This document shows positions 30,701-42,700 of a DNA stretch of 64,000 nt, piece after piece. The first letter of the stretch is position 1, and every line of letters starts with the position of its first letter. The notes under the pieces were generated by a model. It was not told the origin of the DNA. It did not search any database and saw nothing but the letters and a program-made list of their open reading frames with translations. Origin of the DNA: Eledone cirrhosa (taxonomy: Eukaryota); NCBI GenBank assembly GCA_964016885.1, contig OZ024743.1, positions 306,776,001 through 306,840,000 on the forward strand, written 5' to 3'. A program made the translations under genes and the position numbers.

Positions 30701-30760
30701 ACTACCACCACCGCTATTACAACCACTACCACCACCGCTACTACAACCACTACCACTACC
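27760..30760. repeat. 24-bp two-variant minisatellite, ~125 units
   Basis: Units ACAACCACTACCAGCACTGCTACT and ACAACCACTACCACCACCGCTATT. Confidence 0.96.
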
Positions 30761-31854
30761 GCTACGGACACCACCACCACTACCACACCACACCACACCA
30801 CCGATTCCACAACCTTTACCACTATCAGCCCCAAAACTCACACAATCACCATTTCTACTACTGCCCCTCCATCAAACACCCCACCACCACCAAACACTAC
30901 CACCACCACAACAACCATTTACACTATCACTACCTCTGCTGCCATCCCACCACCACCACCACCACCACCACCTCCTTATTTTCAATAGGGGACCCTCGTT
31001 TAAAACCATTGGGTATGGTGGTAGTAGTAACATTTCTATGCTCCAAGGTCCTTACATCCCTCGACCCCCCCCCCCCCCATATCTCCTTATTGTCCCTATT
31101 TTAGCACACTCACACATACATATATACGCAAAAATACACGCAGAAACATATATGTATACCAACACACACACACAAACATATACGCACAAACACACACACA
31201 CACACTCACATAAACATATGCGCGCACTCACACGCATATATATATAAGCATAAACACACATACACAAAAAAAATATATATATAGGCACAAGCGCGCGCAC
31301 ACACACACCTATATACGCATAAACACACACTAACATATATATGCACAAACACACACACAAACATATCAACGCATAAACACACAAACAAATATATATACGC
31401 CCAAACACACACACAAACACACACACGACTACTACTATTACTACTACTACTATGACTACTACTAGTGCTGAAACTTGTTTCTGTTAATATTGTTGGTATT
31501 GTTCCTGTAGTTTTTTGTTTATGTTTATGTTATTGTCTGCTATGGTCTTTCTAGGTGTTCCTGCCGTTCACCCCTTCCATACAATCAGGGAACTAAATGA
31601 AATTCTATCGATTTCTATTGCCAAACTAGAAGATCGATTTGTATAGATGAAGAGAGGTGGGGGTGTATGTAGATGTAGTCAACACCAATATATCATTTGC
31701 AACATAATTATTGATCTCCGAAATTATGAAAAATAAACCCCTCTCCAGTAGAAGTTGAACTCAGAACAATGCGGTACCCACATCAAATTATACTTCTAGA
31801 TAGTTATGGACCGTGGTGGGATTAAGTCTTTTGAAGATCTAAACATTTAAAAGA

Positions 31855-32140
31855 TTCTTCTTCTTCTTCTTCTTCTTCTTCTTCTTCTTCTTCTTCTTCT
31901 TCTTCTTCTTCTTCTTCTTCTTCTTCTTCTTCTTCTTCTTCTTCTTCTTCGTTCACTTATTCCTGAGAGGGTCGTGGGGGAAGAATCCTCAAACACTCCT
32001 TCTAGTGGGTCCTAACAGAAGCAACCGTCTCCAACTGATCCGGCCGGATCCCCAAGCGAGACTAACCAAGCTCATGGATGTTATTTAACTATCTTGCTCA
32101 GGGTCTACTCCCGTGTCTCTTGCCAGTTGGTTTTACCCTC
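31855..32140 (-). mobile_element. RTE-clade LINE 3' end with (GAA)n tail, same family as 12585 and 35081
   Basis: Reverse complement matches cgcttggggatcc..cagttggagacggttgcttctg; (TTC)n 31855-31950. Confidence 0.75.
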
Positions 32141-32716
32141 CATATATAAATTTGGTAAAAAAATATTTTGGGGAATGACACATTTACTTTGAATAAGTTA
32201 AGGGTCTATGGATGGATGGACTCAAATATTGCTGAATTTCACAACTTCAAATGATAGCCCAGCATACGATAAGTAATAATGTATGAGCATTGTATTTTGA
32301 CAGACGGGAGTCTCTGACCATGGGCATCATTATCACCAAAGCAATCTCTATGACTCACTCAAACATATCCCAGTGTATCAGCAGCGTCTTGGAAAACCTG
32401 ATCTCAAATCTCTTCCTGTGTTTTCATATCTTCGCTGTTGAATAAGCAACGTTCAAGTTCCTTCGTCAGATCCGTACTGTGTTACAATCAGCCGTATTAA
32501 CATTTGAGAGAACCACAGCCAACTAGAGAACTAAATATAAGGTAAAAGAATTAAGGTATGAACAACACACCGACATGTTTGACCGTTTGAATGACAGATA
32601 CACTGAGTACACTGTTAAATAGATTCTATTTTAATTGACTCAATACTAGTACACACGCACACACACACACACACAAGCACACTCATATATATACATATAT
32701 ATACATACATACAAAC

Positions 32717-32753
<37 letters not shown>

Positions 32754-32846
32754 TATATACATAAACATATACATACATATGATGGCTGCCCCCTCGTTAT
32801 CGCGTATCCCATTGCACGATATACCATTATTAATCATTATTAATTA

Positions 32847-33031
32847 TTGGCAGTAACGGTAGAGAGACGGACGCCATGTTTTGCAGCAAAGAGTTTATTC
32901 CCTTTATGGTCTGAGCTCAAATCCCGCCGAGGTTAACTTTGCCTTTCATCTTTACGGAGTCGATAAAATAAAGTACCAGATATACACTGGGATAATTGCT
33001 GGCCTTGTACCAAAAAGTAGAAACAATTATT
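32847..33031 (+). mobile_element. SINE copy
   Basis: TTGGCAGTAACGGTAG..GAGCTCAAATCCCGCCGAGG..GTACCAG..AAACAATTATT. Confidence 0.87.
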
Positions 33032-33332
33032 AATTGATTCTATTGTGCAATGCCTGTGCGTGAAGATATTTTTAAAGTGAGGAAAGACTGTGCACTGAGC
33101 CAATCCCACTCTCTGAGCGACAGTAGCTATAACCCGAAAAGAAGAAAAGATCAACATCATCGGTAACTACTGAGCCGCAGGTTTTATATCGGAGTTATCC
33201 CAGTTTCCTGAGTTGCCTTCTCCTAGAAGAATGCCCTGACAAAGGCTAGGGGTCCTTCACATATATATATATTTACATACTCACACACGTACAAGCACAC
33301 ATACACACAAGCACACACACACTTATAATATG

Positions 33333-33448
<116 letters not shown>

Positions 33449-33550
33449 TATATGTATATATAGCAACTGGAAAGACCGACGGAAACATTGTTTCCTCGGT
33501 CCGATTTGACGAAAGTCGATCGATCCTTTATTTATATATATGTATATATA

Positions 33551-33613
<63 letters not shown>

Positions 33614-33617
<4 letters not shown>

Positions 33618-33702
33618 AAAGAGATGAAATCGAAAATGCAACTGGAGTCTTATTTTTTTAAAATAAGACTCCAGTTGCATTTTCGATTTCATCTCTTTTT
33701 CT
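33614..33702. repeat. Perfect 43-bp-arm palindrome within (TA)n
   Basis: 33614-33656 is the reverse complement of 33660-33702; 3-nt centre. Confidence 0.9.
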
Positions 33703-33768
33703 TTATACTTTCACTCGTGTAGGACACCTCGGTTATTTTTCAATTTGTAAAAAAAACCTCACTTTCTA

Positions 33769-33839
<71 letters not shown>

Positions 33840-34452
33840 TTATTTTTATATTTATATAAAAATATAAACAAGAGAGGGTAATATTGTATATTACCCGATT
33901 ACCAGTAAGACAAGTAGCTCAATGTAAAATATCAAGCATAATACAGAGCAGAAATACAATGTTGTATATATGTGTGTGTGCGTGTGCGTGTGCGCGTGTG
34001 TGTGTGTGTGTGTATGTGTGTGTGTGTGTGTGTGTGAGTGTGTGTGTGTGTGTGTGTGTGTTCGAAAGTAAGTTTTTTAAAGATATCCCACACGGGTAAA
34101 AATATAAGAAAACGAAAATGAAATGCAATTGGAGTCTTTAAGAAGGTTTATTTAAAATAACATAACTTTATTGGTTTCACAAGTTTCATGAATTTCAAAA
34201 GTAAACAGAGATGGAGGGATTTGTGACTATGCGAACTTGTAACTCGCAGCTAATTGATGTTGCGAATTTCTTTCAGTTTTATGCGAAAAAGGTGCCTCAG
34301 CTTGTTATATATTTGAAATATAATTTGATAGGATGAGGAATAAGTCGTGATTAGGCATCACATTATTTGATAATCTATCGTCATAAATCAAGATTGTCAT
34401 GGTTCTTTTTATGCAAATGCGAGTTACAAGTCGACATAACCATCTCTCTTAA

Positions 34453-34669
34453 CCCTTTAGCATTTAAACCGGCTGTATCCGGCTAGAATTTCCTCACCTC
34501 TTTTTGTTCAAACCGGTTATAACTGGCCACTCTGATGTTAAGGTATTCTTCTCAAAATAAATAATATCAAAATCTCATAGATTCGATATTATGTGAGATA
34601 ATTATGTGAGGTAAAGCCTTTTATGTGAAAATATAATAGTAAATATAGAGTAATGGAAATGCTAAAGGG
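34453..34669. mobile_element. piggyBac-like MITE
   Basis: TTAA|CCCTTTAGCATTT...AAATGCTAAAGGG|TTAA: 13-bp TIR and TTAA TSD. Confidence 0.88.
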
Positions 34670-34670
34670 T

Positions 34671-34712
34671 TAACTTTTGAAAATCATGAGACTTGTGAAA
34701 CCAGTAAAGTTA
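34671..34712 (+). ncRNA. Minimal type I hammerhead-like motif, U3-A8 variant (decayed)
   Basis: TAACTT-TTGAAAA-TCATGAGACTTGT-GAAAC-CA-GTA-AAGTTA; perfect 6-bp stem I. Confidence 0.5.
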
Positions 34713-34715
34713 TAA

Positions 34716-35002
34716 ATAATTGTTTCTACTTTTTGGCACAAGGCTAGCAATTACCCAGCGCATTACTGGTACTTTATTTTATCGACCCCGTAAGGATGAA
34801 AGGCAAAGTTAACCTCGGCGGGATTTGAACTCAGTAAAGTTATAAATAATGATTTCTAGTATAGGGACAAGGCCAGTAATTTGGGGGTAGAGGAAAGTCG
34901 ATTAAATCTACCCTAGTACCTCGGCGGAATTTGAACTCAGACCGTAAAGGACCGTAACTCTATGCTGCAAAGGATGTTGTCCGACTGTCTATCGATACTA
35001 CC
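34716..35002 (-). mobile_element. Two SINE copies inserted at the same site (34716-34833 and 34846-35002)
   Basis: Target sequence CAGTAAAGTTAT(A/G)AATAAT occurs three times (34702, 34832, 35002). Confidence 0.85.
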
Positions 35003-35080
35003 AGTAAAGTTATGAATAATAGTAAATAAAACTTCTTAAAGACACCAATTGCATTTTCAATGTCTTTTTCTAATATATAG

Positions 35081-35497
35081 GGAGATCACAGCTCCGATAC
35101 GATGGGCCTGTGGTTAGAATGTCTGAAGAAAGAATCGCTGGACATATTTTATGGTCAAAACCAATCGGCAGGTGACCCAAGGGTATACCCGCGAGCAAGA
35201 TGATTGGATAACATCGATAAGCTTGGCTGGCTGCCTGGTTCCACTTGGGGATCCAGCCGGGTCAGTTAGAGACGGTTGCTTCTGACAGGACCCACTGGAT
35301 GGAGTGTTTCAGGTCTCTGCCCCCACGTCCCACTCAGGGAGAAGAAGAAGAAGAAGAAGAAGAAGAAGAAGAAGAAGAAGAAGAAGGGGGAGGAGGAGGA
35401 GGAGGAGGAGAATAAAGAGGAGGAGGAGGAGGAGGAGAAGGAGAAGAAGAAGAAGAAGAAGAAGAAGAAGAAGAAGAAGAAGAAGAAGAAGAAGAAG
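35081..35497 (+). mobile_element. RTE-clade LINE 3' end with (GAA)n tail
   Basis: gagatcacagctccgatac..gttagaatgtc..gaatcgctggaca matches 12727-12790. Confidence 0.8.
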
Positions 35498-35697
35498 ATA
35501 TATATTTATATATGTAGACAGAAACATGTGTGCGCCTGGTGTGTTTATGCATCTGCTTGAATACCTATATCGTATATAACCTATGTCCATACACTTATTT
35601 TCTTTATCTCCCGTTTCCACAACACTACAGTAGCACACACACATACACGTAAACATACACATACACACATATCACAACTCACTGAATTCATACACAT

Positions 35698-35800
<103 letters not shown>

Positions 35801-35902
35801 AATCATTTTCTTAATCATTGCTCGCTATCACCACCCAAATCATCATCAATGCATATCAACAGATAGATCGATTATATACACAGAAACACTCATGGAAATA
35901 TA

Positions 35903-35961
<59 letters not shown>

Positions 35962-36112
35962 TTCTAATATATATATATATGTGTGTGTGTGTGTTTGTGT
36001 ATGTGTGCATACTATATGTATATAGATATGTATATGTATATATGTATATCTATCTATCTGTCTCGCTATATATATATGTGTGTTGTACATATATATGTGC
36101 ATATATCTATCT

Positions 36113-36610
36113 AGGGCGGGTAAAATTCCCGAGATCCATGGACGAGTTCTCTCCAGCGGCCTCTGTCCCTCATTATCGCTGCCATGTCCTGCGTCTCCAA
36201 CAGACCAGTGTCTGTCCTTAGGGCATCAACATACGTTAACCTTGGTCTTCCTTTTCCAGTGTGTCCATGTAGGGGCTCCCACAGGAGCACTGAGTGCAAT
36301 GTCAACTCTGGATGTCGGTGAGCATGTCCAGCTAACCTCAGTCTCTTCTGTGTCACATTTGAGCTGACCTTTGGGAGGTTCCCATACAGCTCTGAGTTTT
36401 TCATCCTCAGTGTATACTGATTAATGTTCAGAGCCATCCTCAGCATTCTCGTGTAGCACCCATCCACCATCTGAGTGAGTTTCTTGGTCAGTGTCCAAGT
36501 CTCAGATCCGTACAGCAGCACAGACTCCACTACAGCAATGAAGAGGCGGATTTTCAGGTCTTTACGAAGGTCCGACTTCCACACCGATCTCAAGCTGTGG
36601 CACGCCGCCC
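36113..36610 (-). mobile_element. RTE/RTEX-type LINE C-terminal fragment
   Basis: KIRLFIAVVESVLLYGSETWTLTKK..DGCYTRMLRMALNI..RLRLAGH..GRPRLTYVD; 5'-truncated and flanked by (TA)n. Confidence 0.88.
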
Positions 36611-36617
36611 ATATATA

Positions 36618-36683
<66 letters not shown>

Positions 36684-37243
36684 TAATCTGGGGTTATTCC
36701 CCTTGTGATTTCCACACGTGGTTTAACTTACCACCGTGTCATTCACTTGTTTGGTACAGAGCGAAATACCTGTTGATAACGTGATATTCCTTGTTCGATC
36801 GTTATACACAAAGCTTATATTTTTAAGCAGACTGTATTTTGATTTAGGTGTCACAGAAACTCTACATCGGATTTTAACAGCAATTCCGGGAGTCCAGGTC
36901 TGGTTATCATTTACTTGTTATCATTTATTTTGTTTTGACCTGTTTAGCTTGATTTGGTTTTTGGCTTGGGTGGTTAATGCCTTCTTGACCTCCTTTTCAG
37001 TTTTGTATGGCTTCTTAACACATTTTTTAGCTCTGGCTTTTAACTATTGAGCGCTTTGCCAGTGTCATTTCTGATTTTTGCGTTTCGCTTCGCTTTTCCT
37101 GCCCGCCGAAATATATATATACAAACACACACATATAAAGAAGCATATATACATACATAGATTCATACATACATACATACATACATACATACATACATAC
37201 ATACATACATACATACATACATACATACATACATACATACATA

Positions 37244-37646
37244 CAGATTTATGCCTGTGATTATTGGGGCACTGGGATATGTTAGTAACTGCCTCAATAC
37301 AAATCTTGAGAAGCTAGGCTTCACAGGAACAGAAAGAACACAACTAGTTAGGAAACTACAAGTACAATCCATTAATGGAACAGTAAAAATATGTAAAACA
37401 TTCCAAAGATTTTGCATCTAATAACTGCATATACACATGTACAGATACAAAGCATATACACATGCACACATACAACTCAAAACATACACATCCATACATA
37501 CAATAACATCCATATCTACACATGCATGCATACATACAGATCTACCTAGTTGATGTGTAAATTCCAACGAGAGAGTCTTGTGTCTATGTTAGAAACCGAC
37601 TCTCTCTCTATTGGTAAAACTTTGTGAAATTATAAAACCAGAAGAA
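37244..37646 (+). mobile_element. 5'-truncated second copy of the R4/Dong-like element, inserted in (CATA)n
   Basis: RFMPVIIGALGYV..LEKLGF and the 3' UTR match 21520-21862; (CATA)n on both sides. Confidence 0.82.
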
Positions 37647-38291
37647 CATACATACATACATACATACATACATACATACATACATACATACATACATACA
37701 TACATGCAAATAAATGCACACATACACACACATATATATTTTTTTTATGCTGTTGTCACTGCTAAAACAGAAATAGAAGAAAAAGTAAAAAAGGAAAAAA
37801 GGAAAATATTTTAAAAAAACACGGCCTAAATTTCAGTGGGATGGCCATTGTTGGAGATTTTCTGTAGAATTTAGTGGGACGCCATTGTTGTAATGCGATG
37901 GATAACGGATATTGACTAAAACATACGTTAACCATGATCTTCTTCTTCTTCTTCTTCTTCTTCTTCTTCTTCTTCTTCTTCTTCTTCTTCTTCTTCTTCT
38001 TTTTCTTCTTCTTTATTTTCTTCTTTATCTTCGTCCTCTTTCTCTCTCTTCTTAATCTTCTTCACGCTCTTCTTTTTCTCTTCTTCTTCTTCTTCTTCTT
38101 CTTCTTCTTCTTCTTCTTCTTCTTCTTCTTCTTCTTCTTCTTCTTCTTCTTCTTCTTCTTCTTCTTCTTCTTCTTCTTCTTCTTCTTCTTCTTCTTCTTC
38201 TTCTTCTCTATTATTATTATTGCTATCATTGTTGTTGTTGTCGTCGTTATGTATTTGTTTATTTTATGTTTGTTAGTATTGTTGTTGATAA

Positions 38292-38331
<40 letters not shown>

Positions 38332-38445
38332 GATGTTGCTATCATTACTGTTATAATCAATAATATTACTACTAATATATATATATATTTTTTTGTCAAT
38401 TAAAATGTAGCAATATCAACAACAGTAGAATTAATGTTATTATTA

Positions 38446-38803
38446 TTGGCAGTGAATTGGCAGTATCAGTAGAGGCTCAAACGCCATGCTTTGCAGCATA
38501 GAGTTACGCCCCTTTATGGTCTAAGTTCAAATCCCGCCGAGGTTAACTTTGTCTTTCATCCTTACGGGGTCGATAAAATGAAGTACCAGTAATGTACTGG
38601 GTAATTGCTGGCCCTGTGCCTAAAATAGAAACAATTATTAGCGGACCATGCTTTGAAGCATAGAGTTACGTCCCTTTATGATCTGAGTTCAAATCCCGCC
38701 GAGGTCAACTTTGCCTTTCATCCTTACGGGGTTGATAAAATAAAGTACCAGTAATGTACTGGATAATTGCTGGCCTTGTGCCTAAAATAGAAACAATTAT
38801 TAT
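38446..38803 (+). mobile_element. Two tandem SINE copies
   Basis: Repeated GTTCAAATCCCGCCGAGG..CATCCTTACGGGGT..GTGCCTAAAATAGAAACAATTATTA. Confidence 0.88.
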
Positions 38804-38809
38804 TAGGGG

Positions 38810-40715
38810 GATATCTAGTTAGAAAACTAGGAGAGGCACATACTAAATGCATCGCAGCCAACGTACTCGCGGCGAGATTGACTATGGACCAATTCTTCAA
38901 TGCAAAGCACGAAGGCTTCTTTGTCAGAGCAAAAGCGCGTGATTTTAGACAGGAGGGGACGAAAGCCGTTCAATGGGCCCGAGCAGCGAAGGTGAGGCGT
39001 GGCAACGAAGCCACTATCTGATCAGACCACGACGGGTGCATGGTACTTTATCCCAAGCAGATGTATGAGGTCTTTCAGCAACACTTCACTCAAATGCTCG
39101 GGAGCAGTGGCAGGTCGGATCGGGGGATGAATTCCAGTAGCTACGGTTCTCGGCGAAGGAGGCGGAGTGTTGCGAAAAACCGATAAAAGCCGAAGAAATA
39201 TGGTGCGCAATAGCAAGTTGCACGAGGGGTGAATCCCCTGGATTAGATGGTCTGCCCTACGAGCTTTACACAATTTTCGGCGACATCTTAGCGAACGTCT
39301 GCAAACTGGCAGCAGAACGGGAGAATTCCCAGTTCTGTGAGAGGAGAGGCGATAGCGCTGCTGAGAAAGGACCCGAACAAGAGGAACTATATAGACAATT
39401 TCAGGCCCATAACTCTGCTGAACACAGAGTTTAAAATTTTGGCCAAAGTATTAGCAACGAGGTTGGCACTTGTCGTCGGTGATCTAGTAGGAGAGGCGTG
39501 AACATGCACTATACCGGACAGGTCCACCCACGAAAACCTCCACCTCATGCGATAGCGGTACATCATATAGAGGGTGGTTAAAGAACCTGGCATTAGATCA
39601 ATCAAAGGCCTTCTATATGGTTGACCATCGCTACCTTGCGGTTGTCCTCAAAGCAATAGGCTTTCTACCCGTTTTCAGGAGCTGGATCGCTGCAATGCAC
39701 TGCGACACCATGTCTGTGTTTAGAGTGAATGGTCACCTTTCGGAAACATTCAACCTCATGCGCTCGGTCCATCAATGTTGTCCCCTCTCGTCCCTTCTGT
39801 ATGTGTTGAATCTTGATCCATTACTACACAAATTGGAGACTTTGAAAGGAATCCCGCGCGAACTAGGATGTGGGAGATCCGTGCCAGCATATGCCGACGA
39901 CGTCAATATAGTGATGTCGAACACCAAACACATTGAGATGATCGGCACCACTCTCAGTGAGTATGAAGCGGTAACAGGAGCAAAGATCAACCAGGAAAAG
40001 TCGGTGGCCTGTAGCTCGGCACCTGGAGAGGCATATCCATGCCGTTCAACAGCGTCGTCGGGCGCTAGACAGACGGACCGGTTACATTAATCGGGTCTGG
40101 TTTCGACCGGACCTCCAGATGAACAAAAACTGGGGCGAGGTAACGTTCAAAGTGGCTTCTCTCACCCAGAAATGAGCCGAGAGGAAGCTATCCTTGAAGT
40201 AACCAACACGTACATCGTGTCGGTCATCTACTACCGCCTGGTAGTCGTGTCTTGTCCTAGCACACGTCTAACTGTACAGGAGCGTCTACTCTTTCACTTT
40301 TTGTGGAGGGGCCAGGTTCCATTGGTCAGGTGGTCCATCTGTTCTCAACACCCTTTACGTGGAGGATTGGGTATGCCTTGGCTGATAATGCGCAAAAATG
40401 CGCTGAGGCTACTTTTCCTGGATGGTGAACAGGTGTGGTCGCCTTTCGCTAGACACGTAGCTGCAATCAAGGGAGCTGCTATCTTGAATCAAACGAAGAC
40501 CGACAGGGAGCGTTTGGAGACTGCAATGTCATCCTCAGCAAATCGGGCAGTACGATCGGTGGAAACTCCACCTCAGCGTTCTATAAAGGGTTGGGGGGGG
40601 GGGGGGTAAAAGCGATTACGTCCTTCGGGAGACTCAGGGCATTGACGAAAATCAACTAGCCACTCTCTTCCAGGGGACTTTCGGTCCAGGGCCAAGGGAT
40701 AACTTCCACAATTCT
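38810..40715 (+). pseudogene. Decayed L1/Tx1-type ORF2 reverse transcriptase
   Basis: SPGLDGLPYE, NFRPITLLNTEFKILAKVLATRL, LDQSKAFYMVDH, SVHQCCPLSSLLY, AYADDV and GGLGMP motifs with many frameshifts/stops. Confidence 0.92.
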
Positions 40716-41045
40716 GTCGTATGTGTGTGTGTGTATGTGTATGTACCAAGCAAGCCTCAATTAGGTAAATCCTAAGCTAGGTCCCCAAGCTGTAACACAT
40801 CACACACACGTATGTGCGTGTGAGCATATATGTGTATATATATGTGAGCATATATGTGTATATGTGTATACACACAAATGCGAGCATATCTATGTATTTA
40901 AGGATACATGTCTATATATAATTCGAGATATGAAAATGACAAAATATCATTCATAAATTTTATAATATATATATATATGTATATGTGTGTGTGACTGTGT
41001 ACACACATACACACACACACATATATATATATATGGGTGTGTGTA

Positions 41046-41103
<58 letters not shown>

Positions 41104-41132
41104 CATACATGTATATATGATTGTATATATAA

Positions 41133-41171
<39 letters not shown>

Positions 41172-41305
41172 TATATATGTGTGTGTGTGTATGTATGTAT
41201 GTATATATATATATATATTATATAGATATAGATATATTTATATATATAAATACACACACACATATTTATATATGTACATATATCACCTGATCCTCCGTTT
41301 CTTAT

Positions 41306-41343
<38 letters not shown>

Positions 41344-41382
41344 AAATGAAACATATATATGTACATATATAAATATGTGTGC

Positions 41383-41459
<77 letters not shown>

Positions 41460-41780
41460 CATACACATAAATTTCAAGCTAGTCAGTGTGGGCGCTGATT
41501 ACGCATTCAACAGAATTCAGTCGGGGCTCATCAAGATACCTATTTTAAAGAACAGCTTCACACCTCTTCCTCCTCCTCCTCCTCCTCCTCCTCCTCCTCC
41601 TCCTCCTCCTCCTCCTCCTCCTCCTCTTTCTCATCCCTTTACGATACACACGGCACTTTTCAGAAACAGACGACATTACCGCCGCCACTACCCCGCCACT
41701 ATCTTCGCCATATATCATTCATCTGTATCATCATCATCGTCATTATGATGATGATGATGATGATCATCATCATCATCTGT

Positions 41781-41817
<37 letters not shown>

Positions 41818-41971
41818 GAAGAAGAAGAAGAAGAAGAAGAAGAAGAAGAAGGTATTGATGATGACGACGGCGGCGACGACGACGATGATCATCATGATCG
41901 TGATCATGATGATGGCGGTGGTGGCGGTGAATATCGCGATGGCCATGCTCGTGATCCTGGTTATAATTATT

Positions 41972-42157
41972 ATTGGCAGTATCGGTAGGGTGTCAGACAC
42001 CATGCTTTACAGCATAGAGTTATGGCCCTTTACGTTCTGAGTTCAAATCCTGCTGAGGTTAACTTTGCCTTTCATCCTTATGGGTTCGATAAAATAAAGT
42101 ACCAGTAATGTACTGGGTCATTCCTGGCCTTGTGCCAAAAGTAGAAACAATTATTAT
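41972..42157 (+). mobile_element. SINE copy
   Basis: TTGGCAGTATCGGTAG, GAGTTCAAATCC, core and ATT tail. Confidence 0.88.
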
Positions 42158-42700
42158 TGCTTGTAGGACGGATCCGGCTATCAGCTGAGTCCATCGTGAA
42201 GATCGCTCCGCAACCCGTCTTTAACTAGGAAGGGAAGGCTGTTTTTATCAGCCTGGTGGCCATCGTGAAAGAGGTTGTATGGTAAAAACGTCTGAAAATG
42301 TTGAAGAAGGGCACTTTCCCCTTCGGTGACATTTGCAGGTTTCACCTGAAAAGGAAAATCAAGGTGGAGAGAGAAGTGCTGCCTTCCAACCAATTTGTTG
42401 AAAGGTGGGTGAGAGAGGCGAGAATGGCCTGTGCTAATGGGCCTGCTTTGAGCGTGTGCCTGTAGTATTGGAGGAGGGCAACTGGGGGAGGGCGCCTGCC
42501 CTAGCGGTCTGGGTGACCGCGACTTTTTGTGGGCTTTCTCCACCAGTAACCCTCTGTGGTCTCCCCTGTATTGGGGAAGTTTTTTGTTATAGATTCTTGT
42601 CTTCTTGTTGTTGTTTTATTGCACGCAGAAGCCCGCATTATGCCGTCCTGTGTTGTCATTTTTTTTTTTCGTAAATCCTTTGTGGTTAATAAAGTAATCA
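42158..42700 (+). mobile_element. L1/Tx1-type ORF2 C-terminus and 3' UTR
   Basis: VAIVKEVVW*KRLK..FHLKRKIKVEREVLPSNQFVERW followed by a pyrimidine-rich UTR and AATAAA (~42688). Confidence 0.6.

Larger units (their letters stand above)
34105..35072. mobile_element. Diverged foldback element with nested insertions and a hammerhead in the right arm
   Basis: 34105-34250 is the imperfect inverse of 34418-34452 + 34674-34712 + 35021-35072 once the insertions are removed. Confidence 0.65.

Noticed and set aside
27288-31247. 1319-aa, 1168-aa and 1122-aa ORFs
   Set aside because: Products of a stop-free 24-bp minisatellite, running into microsatellite
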